Shown here one piece after another: positions 36,838 through 48,329 of a stretch of 64,000 bases of DNA. The stretch spans positions 15,872,001 to 15,936,000 of the forward strand of contig NC_087436.1 of assembly GCF_036321535.1 (NCBI RefSeq), read 5' to 3'. The notes under the pieces were generated by a model, which had not been told where the DNA came from, did not search any database, and was given only the letters and a program-made list of their open reading frames with translations. Origin of the DNA: Camelus dromedarius (taxonomy: Eukaryota). A program made the position numbers and the translations under genes. The number at the start of each line of letters is the position of its first letter. Positions within the stretch are counted from its first letter, which is position 1.

Positions 36838-38300
36838 TTTTTTAAACAGCTTTATTGAGTTATAATCCACATATCATATAGTTCACTCATTTAAAGTGTA
36901 CATTGAATGATTAAGTGTATTCAGCAAGCTGTGCAACCATTATTACAATCAATTTTAGAACGTTTTCATCACACCCAAAAGAAACCCCACAATCATTAGC
37001 AGTCACTGCACATTTCACCCCAAACTCTCAGGCCTAGGTAACCACTCTTCTACTTTCTGTGTCTGTGGATTTGTCTACTCTGGAGACAGATGGAGCCATA
37101 CAATACCTGGACTTTTGTTACTGGCTTTTTCCACTTACCATACTGTTTTCAAGGTCCATTCATGTTGTGACATGTATCAGTGCTTCATTCCTTTTCATGG
37201 CTAATATTCTAAGATAAGAATATACCATATTTTGTTTAATTATTCATTAATTAGTGGATGTTTGAATTAATTCCACTTTTGGGGGCTGCTCTCTGGGCCT
37301 TTGTGTACTAATTTTTATGTGGACATGTATTCATTTCTCTTGTGTATGTACCTAGGAGTGGAATTGTTGAGTCATATTGTTTAACCATATGAGGGACTTC
37401 CAGAGTGTTTTCCAAAGTGGCTGTATTATTTTGCAGTCTCACCTGCAATTTATGAGGGTTCCAGTTTCTCCATATGCTTGTCAACACTTGTTAATGTCTG
37501 TCTGTTTGATTATAGCCCTCCTAGTGGGGATGAAGTTATACCTCCTTGTTTTGTTCTGCATTTCCTTAATGACTGATTATGTTGAGCATCTTTGTATGTC
37601 CTTTTTGGCCATTTGCACGTCTTTGGAGACATACCCATTCAGGTCTTTTGTCCGTTTAAAAATTGCATTTGTCTTTTTAGTATTGAATTGTAAGAATTCT
37701 TTATATATTCTTCTGGATACAAGTTCCTTATCAGATAAATAATTTGCAAATATTTTCTCGCATTCTTTTGTCTTGTTTTTCATTTTCTTGATGGTATCCT
37801 TTAAAGCACAGAAGTTTTTAATTTTAATGAAGTCCAGTTCATTTATTTTTTTTGTTGCTTGTGCATAATTAAGAAGGATTTACCTAACCCAGTGTCATAT
37901 TTACCCTTATTTTTCCTTATAAGAATTTTATAGTTTTGGCTTTCACATTTAGATGCATGATGGACTTGAGGTTAATTTTTTGTATATGATATAAAGAAGT
38001 GGTCAGCTTCATGCTTTTGCTTGTAGATATCAGTTTTTTCAGCACATTTGTTGAAAACACTATTCTTTCCTCATTGAACTGTCTTGACACTGTTGTTGAA
38101 AATTAAGGCACAAACGTAAGAGTTTATTCTGGGCTCTTGATGCCACTCTGTTGGTCTTTATCTGTATCTTTATGCCAATACCACACAATCTTCATTGCTG
38201 TGTCTTTGTGTTATAGGTTTTGAATTTGGTAATTTGAGTCCTCCAACTTTGTTCTTTTTCAAGATTGTTTTGGCTATTTTGTGTCCCTTTCATTCCATAC
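36838..38300 (-). mobile_element. Old L1 (L1MB-like) 3' part
   Basis: ORF 37577..37783 EKIFANYLSDKELVSRRIYKE is ORF2-like; typical 3'UTR. Confidence 0.85.
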
Positions 38301-38850
38301 TGTGATATGGTAAATAAAATTTTAAGCCAAGTGGTGAAGTAATTTATATAGTGACTTATGAATATAAATTTTAAAATGTTATGAAAAAATGTTATGAATG
38401 AATCTTCTTCAGCTTGATATATTTGGTTAAAAATTTATATTTCAAGCTTTTTCCTTAACTTTTTTCTTTCCTCTTGTCCATCTTTCTCTGTTCTGTTACC
38501 TTGACATTTTAGTAATGGATTTCCAATTTGATATAATTACCTATCTCATTTAATTGGAATCTCTTTGTATATATTCACTGTAAGAAATGAAGCAAATAAG
38601 ATTAGTGTGTCAAGCAGGTCACATGGAATGTTTCTGTTGTTTAACTAAATTAACATCATTACTATGCATTTTCGAAAATTTAGGAGTTATTAAAAATCTT
38701 CTTTCAGATAAAGAGACTACTTCTGCATATTTTAATCATGACATAGAATAATATGTAGTAGAAATATATATAACATTGTAAGGTCTCATTTTCATGATTT
38801 CGATAACAGTTTTCCAGTGTGAGCCAGTAACTCAGAGTTTGTTCCTTCAG

Positions 38851-38972
38851 GCTATTGCATTACCTCCTATAGCCAAATGGCCATACCAGAATGGTTTTAC
38901 ATTTCATACGTGGCTTAGAATGGATCCTGTAAATAACATCAATGTGGATAAAGATAAACCATATTTGTACTG
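38851..38972 (+). CDS. LRBA: LRBA coding exon (probably exon 6), 122 nt, [40 protein letters not shown](C); start of ConA-like domain
   Basis: ccttcag acceptor, TG|gtatgt donor; overlaps ORF 38794..38988. Confidence 0.96.
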
Positions 38973-39060
38973 GTATGTATTTCTGTAACATAGTATTGTA
39001 ATTTTACTTTGAAAATGAGAAGAGTATTTTGAGATGAAATAAAAAATTTACTCTTTATAG

Positions 39061-39187
39061 TTTCAGAACCAGCAAAGGTCTTGGTTATTCTGCTCACTTT
39101 GTTGGGGGCTGTTTAATTATAACATCAATAAAGTCAAAAGGAAAAGGGTTTCAACACTGTGTGAAATTTGATTTCAAACCACAAAAG
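39061..39187 (+). CDS. LRBA: LRBA coding exon (probably exon 7), 127 nt, [42 protein letters not shown]
   Basis: ctttatag acceptor after an 88-nt intron, AAG|gtatgt donor; phase-2 join makes TGT (Cys). Confidence 0.95.
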
Positions 39188-39876
39188 GTATGTGATCTTA
39201 CTAAGTCATAGTTATGTTACCAAGCTATTCTAAGGTATTCTAACCTTCACAATGCTTTGTTGTAATGTTATTGACATCATAATATGTGGTAAATCACAAC
39301 TCTGATTTTAAACTGTTTTAGAAAATGAAGTATAAATTGCTGGACAATTGTTAACTGCTCTGAGTTGGATAATAAAAAGAGTGAATATTTAGTTGTTTGT
39401 AGAGTTTAAGGGCAATATAAGGGGAAAATGTCAGTGGCAGTTATTTTAGTAGTGGTAGTAGTACTATGTGTTTTCTTTTGTACCTTTACATTTAGATATA
39501 AAAGAATGGTTTATTAACAAAATGTGCATACATACACATGTAGATAGGCAGATAAAACAAATATGACAAAATGTTGACAGTTGTGGAAACTAGGTGGTGG
39601 GAGAGAGTGTACTAAACTCTTCACTTTTGAAGGGTATATTTGAACATTTTCATAGTAATTTCATAGGTAAGGGAAAAATAATTTAATGGGTAAGCTCTTA
39701 TCTGTTGAAAGCTCCCTTAAATCAGTATTATTCCAGGGGTAGAATATTGAATTTAATAAAGGTAGTCTTTTTTTTAGATTTAATTGTAATTTAGCATTTA
39801 ATTTTTACTAATTACCAATGTGATTGAGTTATTGGAAAGATCATTATCTTTTATTAAAACTGTTTTGCTTATTCAG

Positions 39877-39996
39877 TGGTATATGGTAACTATAGTGCAC
39901 ATTTATAATCGATGGAAGAACAGTGAGCTACGATGTTACGTGAATGGTGAGCTTGCTTCCTATGGAGAGATAACATGGTTTGTCAACACCAGTGAT
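39877..39996 (+). CDS. LRBA: LRBA coding exon (probably exon 8), 120 nt, [40 protein letters not shown]
   Basis: attcag acceptor, gtaagt donor; within ORF 39820..40149. Confidence 0.96.
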
Positions 39997-40569
39997 GTAA
40001 GTACTCTGAAAAAGTTAGTTAAATTTTTGAAAAATATATTTTACACGGAGTATAAACTTCAGAATACCACAGTGGTGGATTATTATAATCATAGTTTGGC
40101 TAGTATGTTTAATATATTAATATATATTAATAGAGTGGAACTGTGTTAATGTGTCACATAAGGTATTACTCAGTCCTTGTTATAAAATTATTCTGGATAG
40201 GGTAGAGATAAGGATTCATTGATAACAGTAGGTGTATCCTGAAAGAGTTCGTGTCATCAGTCCATTGATCAAATTAAATTTTTCGATCATTTTTATGAAT
40301 GCACTAGTTGATGCATGGTTATAAATTTTCGATATAATTCATACCTGCTATACATAACTATTATAATATTTTCAGGATTCAAAAAGAGATCCATAGTTAG
40401 AATTAAATTCAAATGTTCTTTTTTTCTGCCAATTACATTTTTAATAGAAAACTTGAAAAATACAGATCAGGAAAATAAATACAAACTTGCACCACCCGTT
40501 CACCATTAACTCTTCCTTTCACATCACTATGCTATACATATTTACATATTTTGAAATGCTAGCCTTAGG

Positions 40570-40785
40570 AGCTCAGGTTGTTATAACAGATAGACTTAGG
40601 TTTGGATCCCTGCTTTGTTACTTATTGACTACATGACCTTATTTAATCTATTAGGGCTGAGTTTGCTCTATCTAAAAATGAGTGTAAAATAGTACCTATC
40701 TCAGAAGGTTGATTAAATGAGATATGTTCACAAAGCCATCGGCAGAGTGCCTTGTACAGCATAAGTGCTCAGTGAGTGTTAGCTC
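40570..40785 (+). mobile_element. MIR SINE remnant
   Basis: cagatagacttaggtttggatccc...aatagtacctatctc...attaaatgagat...agtgctcagtgagtgttagct. Confidence 0.7.
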
Positions 40786-41781
40786 TTATTTTTTTTTTTT
40801 AATACGAAAAAGGAGTTGGATATGTGTATTGTTTTTCAACCTGTTTTTTCCTTACATAACCTTTATTGAGTGCTTCTTGCATTGTAATACCTTTATTTTC
40901 TGTAAGCCCCAACCTTGCAAGATAAGTACTGTTGTAATCTTCATTTTGCCAACATCAGCAGCATGGGAAGCAGTGGTTTCATCTAGGTGGTTTGTCTTCA
41001 AAACCCAAGTCTTAAAAATTTTTCTATATTCCTTAATGTCAATACATATGTATTTTTCAACATTCTTCATAATGGTTTCATGTATAAAAGGATACTTTTA
41101 AAGAGCTATGAAGTGCTTTACTTCTTTTGCTCTTTGTTGTACACATGGGTTTTTAAAATGTGGTCTTTGCAACCTGGATCATATTAAGAGGATTTTTTTA
41201 ATGTTAGAAGAAAAACATACACCTGTTTTTTAGATTTACATATTCCTTTTGGGAGATTGCATCTGCCCCCATGACTTTACCCATTATTTGTATCTTGATG
41301 TCTGCAAAAATCTGTCGTTACAGTTTTCGCTTCTCACCAGACTAATAGAACCCTGTTGGCAATTGCTTCTTCATCCATATTAGTTCACAGAAAAGACAGA
41401 TTTATTATATGTCCCAAACTTAACTGGTGTTTTTCTCCTTGCTCTAAAGCCTGCTCTTCTGTCTGGTTCTTTGGTTGACCAAGTATGAACCTTCAGAATC
41501 CATAGTGATTCCTCTGATGCTGTTTCCTACAGCCACTTTATCTTCAAGTTTTGTTTATTGTACTTTGGATAATTTGCCTTATCTCTTTCTCTCTGATGTC
41601 TTTTCTGATCTCTACACCAAATGGGAATGGATGAACTGAAATGCTAAGTGAATTGTTTTAATCTATTTGGATTATATTTTAGAGTGGACAGAATATTTAT
41701 AACAGTATAGGTTGTCATAATTTCTGGAGGAGATGGTTTTTTGTTTTTTTCTCTAAAAAATTTTTCTGTTTTCTTTCCCAG

Positions 41782-41928
41782 ACCTTTGACAAATGTTTCC
41801 TGGGCTCATCAGAAACAGCGGATGCTAATAGGGTATTTTGTGGTCAGATGACTGCAGTTTACCTTTTTAGTGAAGCTCTTAATGCAGCTCAGATTTTTGC
41901 TATTTATCAGCTGGGCCTGGGATACAAG
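41782..41928 (+). CDS. LRBA: LRBA coding exon (probably exon 9), 147 nt, TFDKCFLGSSETADANRVFCGQMTAVYLFSEALNAAQIFAIYQLGLGYK
   Basis: Long pyrimidine tract + cccag acceptor, AAG|gtactt donor; hand translation is open. Confidence 0.95.
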
Positions 41929-41989
41929 GTACTTTACTTGCTGTTCACTGCTTAACATGTGTTAGTTGATCTTGACATACAGGGGGGTG

Positions 41990-42595
41990 ATGCATGGGGC
42001 AGTTTACCTTGGGTAACTAAACTGTGTGTTGGAGTAACCAGGGGCACCACAGGGAAGTCACAGGTGTCCAAAGGGTACTTGAAAGTTTGTGGGAAACACA
42101 GTGTACTTGCCATGTGTGGGGCACTGTGCAAACTACTAGCTTAAGTTTCAACTTTACTTTATGCTGCATTTCTTGTGGTCATACCATATCTTTGCACAGC
42201 TAAGTTTTTAATAGTTGCTGTGATAAAAAACAAGTACCATGTGAAAATCAGTGTGGAACAGGAAATGAGGAGGTTTGAAATCTGATTCCAAAATTTGAGA
42301 AGTTGTGTAGTGCCCGAGATGCACATTCCGTTAATAAATAATTTTGCTGATATACTAATGAAGGAAACATTTTTCCTTTTAATTTGTGTGTTAATTTTCA
42401 ATTGGCTAGTAAATTGTTAGGATGTAAAGTTAAAATATAAAATATATTTGTTAAAATATAAATAATAAATAATAAGTAGTTGGTTCAAACTACTTAATAA
42501 ACAGAAATATTTAGTATTTATTTTGGTCTAGAGCACCATAAAAAATTACTGAGAAGCTATAAGTGTCATGCATCAAGAAAGTTTGGGAACCTGTA
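41990..42595. mobile_element. hAT-Charlie (Charlie4-like) DNA transposon remnant
   Basis: gtgataaaaaacaagtacc.tg.gaaaatcagtgtggaacaggaaatgagg; terminus aaaaattactgaga...aagtttgggaacc. Family recalled from memory. Confidence 0.55.
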
Positions 42596-43612
42596 GGTTA
42601 AGTCATTGTTAGTATAGTTTCGTTTCAGGGAGTGATTTAATGTCTGCTGTGTTCCTTTGAAAACAAAATCAACTTTATTGAGTTAATTTACATACAGTTG
42701 GAGTCAATAAAGTATACATATTTTAATTAGTTTGGACAAAAGTGTAACGATGGAATAATCAAGAAATAGAACATTTCTACCACTGCAAAAGTTTCCTGTC
42801 TTCTCCCTCCCAGTCAATTCCTTGTGCTTCTCTAACCCTACCCTGTTCCTGTTGATGATCAGAGCAAACCACTGATCTATTCCCTGTTACTATCAGTAAG
42901 ACTTTTTGTTAATGTTTTATGCAAACAGAATAATCCAATGTGTGCTCCTTGGAGTTTGGCTTCTCTTTAGCATGTTTTTAAGATTCATCTGTGTTGTTTT
43001 GTATTAGTAGTTCCTTCTTGTTGCTAAGTAATCTTCCATTGATTGTATCAATACGTTACAGTTTTTTAACCCATTCATCTGGTGATGGACATTGGGCTAT
43101 TTCTAGGTTTGGCTGTTATGAACAAGCTACTTATGAATATTGGTGTCCAAATCTTTGCGTAGACATGTGTTTTAATTTCATAAATTTATAAAGTAGAATT
43201 GCTAAGTGGTATGGCAACTGAAATTGCCAAGCTCTTTTCCAAGGCAGTTGCACAGTTTTACATTTCTACAAGCAGTGTATGAGCTTTCTACTTACTCCAC
43301 ATCTTTGTTAACACCTGATATTGCTGGCCTTTTTAATATTAGATGTTTGAGTGGGTCTGTAACAGTATATCACCGTGGTTTTAATTTATATCCTTATAAT
43401 GCCTAGAGAGACTGAGTATCTTTTCATGGCTTATTGGCTATTTGTCTATCTTTTTTTTTGTGAAGTGTGTGTTCAAATCTTTTACACATTTTTTTGTGTT
43501 TTTATTGTTGAGTTTTGAGGCTTCTTTATATATTATGGATGTGTCTTTTATCAGATGTATGAGTTAACAAATATTTCCCCCCCCAGTCTGTGTCTTGCCT
43601 TTTTGTTTTCTT

Positions 43613-43841
43613 TTTTTCTTTTTTTTTTAATAAGGAGGTACTGATTGTGTTCTGAAGTCCGGTTTAAGTATGTTTTATTATACAATAACTTTTATTTATC
43701 TATTCAATAATTTTTTGGAGGGGAGGTAATTGGATTTATTTATTTTATTTTATTATTATTATTTTTAATGGAGGTACTGGGGATTGAACCCAGGACCTTG
43801 TGCATGCGCTCTGCCACTAAGCTGTACCCCCCTACCCTCCT
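43613..43841 (-). mobile_element. Vic-type SINE with a 3' extension, inserted in an old L1
   Basis: SINE body ~43705-43841; TSD tttttgttttctt at 43600-43612 and 43842-43854. Confidence 0.85.
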
Positions 43842-45887
43842 TTTTTGTTTTCTTAATTTGGCTTTGAAGAACATAGGAATTTAATTTTCATTAATTGCAA
43901 CTTAACAATTTTTTCCTGTTATTCTTAGATGATTTTTGTGTCTTATCTAAGAAATCTTTGCCTGTTCCAAGATTGGAAAGATTTTCTTACGTTTTCTTTT
44001 GAGTATTATAGTTTTGGCATCTATATTTAGGCCTGTGATCCATTTTCAGTTAATTTTAGTGTATGGTATGAGGTAACTGTTAAGGTTGATTTCTGTCTCT
44101 TTCTTCCATAAAGATACCCTGGTGTTCCAGCACAGTTTGTTTCTTTAAATACTATTCTTTCTCCACTGTCTTACCATGGCATCTTTGAGGCTCTTTTTGA
44201 TTTCAGTGACTTAACATGTTTTTTTTTTAATGCCAGTACTTTACTGTCTTATTGTAGCTTCATAGTAAGTCTTGAGAACAGGAAGTCTAAAACTATCAGC
44301 TATATTCTTATTCACGTCCTTTACGCTATTTTCCCTTTGCATTTCTAGGTATATTTTAGAACTAGCTTGTCAGTTTATACAAGATAGCCCACTGGGGTTT
44401 TATTTGGTACTGTATTGAATATATAGGTTAATTAGAGGATAATTGACATCTCACTAATACTGGATTTTCCAATCTGAACATGATATATCTTTCTATTTAC
44501 ATAGGTCGTCTTTAATTTCTCTCAGCAGTGGTTTTTAGTTTTCACTGTGTAGGTCATGCACACATTTTGTTCAATGCATTTTAAAGTAGTTCATGTTTTT
44601 TGTATTATATCTTAAGTTGTAATTTTTAAACAGTCAATTTCCAGTCATTTGTTTCTAGTGTATAGAAATACAATTGAGTTTTATTGACTTTTTAACAAGA
44701 CCTTGCTAAACTTGCGCATTAGTTTTACTGGGTCTTTTTCTTTGTTGTTTTAGTATTTTCTACAGATACATTCATGTAGACTGTAACTTTTACTTCTTCA
44801 TTTCCAATCTGTATACTTTTCCTGTTTTTTTGCCTTGTTACACTAGATAGGACCTCCACGATAAATAGTAAAAATAGAAGTGGCAAGAGTAGACATTTTA
44901 CCTTACTCCTGATTTTAGGGGGAAAGCATTCCTACATATTTTATAGATTCCTTTTCAAGTTGAGAAATTTCTTTTCTATTTCTAGTTTCCTGAGAGTTTT
45001 TGTTAGAAGGATATTAAATTTTGTAAAATGAATCTTGCTTTTTTTGGGTCAGACAATCTCTGACTTTCATTGAAATGTTTACATTCCATTGTAAGTATAG
45101 ATATTGTGTGATTTAAATCTACTATCTTTCTGTTTGTTTTCTATTTCTTTCATCTGTTTTTTGATACTTCTCCCTTTCTCTGCTTTGATTTAGGTTAGTT
45201 GTCTCTTATTTAGTATTTGATTTATTTCTACCATTGGTTTATTAGTTTTTTTTTTTTTTTTTGAAAACTTTTTAACTTACCATAGTCTACCAGTAAATGA
45301 CAGTGTAAGATGTAAGACCCTTCCAGCATAATCCTGCAATTCTCCCTCCTGCCTTTGGTTTTGTATTTTTGTTGATTTTACTTCTTCAAATATTATGGTC
45401 CTTTTGATACATTCTTATGATTTTTGATTCATTTGCTTATATTTCAAAGAAATTAGAAATAAGGAAGATCATGTGTTTTATATTTACCTATGTATTTATG
45501 TATTACCATTTCTAGGACACTTCTTTGTATAAATTCATGTTTCCATCTCATAGCAGTTTCCTTCCATTTGAATTACTTTGTTATTTCTTATAATGGGGAT
45601 TTATTGTCAGTGGCTTTTCCCAGCTTTTATTTGTCTGAGAAAGCCTTTAGTCTTTCAGTTTAAAAAAATAGTTTCACTGATTATAAAATTTCAAGGTGAC
45701 AGTTTTCTTTTTGAAGCTTTCTAATGATATTCTTTTGTTTAACTGACTTGCATCAGTTCTAACAAGAAGTGTGTAGTCTTTATTATACAACTTCATCTGT
45801 ATGTAATATATATTTTTTTCTCTTGCTGGTTTTAAGATTTACTCTTATCACTGATTCTTAGAAGTTGAGTATAGTATATGTTGGTAT

Positions 45888-45929
45888 GGGTGTGTGTGTG
45901 TGGGTGTGTGTGTGTGTGGGTGTGTGTGT
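45888..45929. repeat. Interrupted (TG)n microsatellite
   Basis: Direct reading. Confidence 0.9.
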
Positions 45930-48329
45930 ACGTACGTACATATGTGCTTAGCCTGCGTCAGGTTACCTGAACTTCTTGGTTCTGTGGGTTTCTGGTTTTG
46001 GTCAAATTTTGGCCATTACATCTTTAAATATATTTTGTCTTTTATCTTCTTCTAGAATTCATATTACATTTACTTTAGACCTAGATATAAGCAAACAAAT
46101 CATTGAGGTACTGTTTCTTGTCTGATTTATAAAAAAGTTTTATTTTGGATTGTTTTCATGGCATTATCTTTCTGTTCACCTATCTTTCCTTATCAAATGC
46201 TTGGTTGCTGTAAATTCCATAAGATGAATTCATTTCACATATTTTTTGTATTTTTTTCTGTTGATAAGTTTTGATTCTTTTCATTGTTATCTGTTTTTTC
46301 TTCTTACAAGTTTGTCTTAAAAAAAACTTGACCATAGTTATAACTATTCTAATGTCTTTTTCTTATAATTTCATCATCTTTATTTCTGGGTCTGTTTTTC
46401 TTTACTGACGTTCTCCTGATTGTTTTACACTTCTTGGTTTGTTTAGTAATTTTGGGTTGGCTATTGGGCAATATGATTTTTACCATTTAAGCGTCTGAAT
46501 TTTGTTGCCTTTTTTCTTTTAAAAGAGCATTGGTCTTTGTTCTGCTGTTCAGTAGGTTATTTTCAGTTAAGTTTTTTACTTGAAGTTTGTTTTATTTTGG
46601 AGCTTTGTTAATGGATCTCAGAATAGATTTTTTAGTCTATTCTGAGTGATTTTTTAAAAATAGAAGCTTTATTGAGATACAGTTCATATCTCATACCATT
46701 CACCCGTTTAATATGTATAATTCAGTGCTTTTCAATATATTCAGAGTTGTACAAATATCACTCTCAATGTTACATTGTGTTCATCGCCCCCCTGTGCCAA
46801 AATACTACACTCATCAGTAGTCATTCCCCATTTTTCCTCCTTCCCAGTCCTCAAATTTACTTTCTGTCTCTTTGGATTTGTCTATCCTGGACACTTCATG
46901 TAAATGAAAGAATACAATATGAGATCTTTTGTGGCTGACTTTTTTTTCGATTAGCTTAATGTTTTCAGGGTTCACCCGTGTTTCTTTTTATTACTAAATA
47001 ATATTTTGTTGTGTAGATATGTCACATTTTGTTTATCCATTCATCAATTGATGGACATTGGACTGTTTTCCACCTTTTGGCTATTATGAATAATGCTGCT
47101 AAGAAGCCTTGTGTACAGGTTTTTATGTGGACACATTTTTTTTTCCCTCTTGGGTTTATACCTACAGTGGAATTGCTGGTAATATGGTAACTCTATATTT
47201 AACTATTTGAGAAACTTCCAGATTGTTTTCCAAAGAGGCCACATGATTTTACATTTCTATCGCTTTTTATCAGGATTCCAATTTCTTCATATTTTCTCCA
47301 ATACCTGTTACTATCTGATTTTTCTATTATAGTCATTTTATTGGGTATGAGATGGTATGTCAGTGTGGTTTGGTTTTGATTTGCATTTCCTTCATGATTG
47401 ATAATGTTGAGTAGTTTTTTGTGTGTGTGTTTATAGGCTATACATAATATTTTGAGGGGAATATTTTTTCATATCCTTTGCCCTTTTAAAAACTGAGCTG
47501 CCCTTTTATTGCTAAGTTTTAAGAGGTTTTAAAAAATATTTGTGGTAAAATATACATAAAACTTACTACTTTAAGCATTTGTAAGTGTACAGTATATTAA
47601 TAGCTATTCTTTTCCTCACTTGTATGGTTAGTGATAAAACTACTTAAAGATGATATAAAGTGAGAAATTGATGATCAAAGAATTATTCCTTGCTTTACTT
47701 ACTACTTTTAATTCTATTGTGTAGTATAATACATGCTTTAGATAATTCCTTAAAACTTGTTTAAGATACCTGAGATATGAAAAAATCTTTAAAAGTTTGC
47801 AATTAAGTACTTTAAGGATTAAAAAATATATATTTCAAAAGAAATGAAGGGTTGAATGCTTCTTTTGTATGTTCTTAACGTTTGGTGAAGCACCATATTG
47901 CTTAAAGTCCTTTGAAAGGGCTTTTTTATTTTAATCACATTAAATAGTATTTATACATGCAAACTATTTCCATAAAATTAGCAGCAATTCCTGAAAAATG
48001 TCAAATACTTTGTTTTAACTTTGTTTATATTTAGTTTAGTTTAGAGTGGTTAGTAGGAATGATTTATTCCCAAATTCCACACATAATAGAAAATAAAATG
48101 TTTAGCTATTTCTTTTCAAAACTGGTACTTAAGAATGCTGACATACTGTACTTTGTCATACTGTTCAAAGAGTAAATTATTATTTTTGATTGAACTTGTT
48201 TCCAGTCTCTGCTCTGCCACAAATTAATTTTCTGGACTCAAAGAAATACTGAATCAGAATTCACAAGTTGTTCGAAAAGACATTTCTTATACCTTTAAGT
48301 GGCTACAGTTAATTAAAAAAACACCCTTG

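Larger units (their letters stand above)
42660..47600 (-). mobile_element. Cluster of old antisense L1 fragments (3' ends at ~42660 and ~46655)
   Basis: Repeated L1 3'UTR/ORF2 motifs (gatggacattgg...ttggctattatgaataatgctgct; tttgcatttcc). Confidence 0.75.

Noticed and set aside
38973..39060. Very short 88-nt intron, possible U12 type
   Set aside because: The donor gtatgtat is U2-type (not gtatcctt), and the size is within the normal minimal-intron range.
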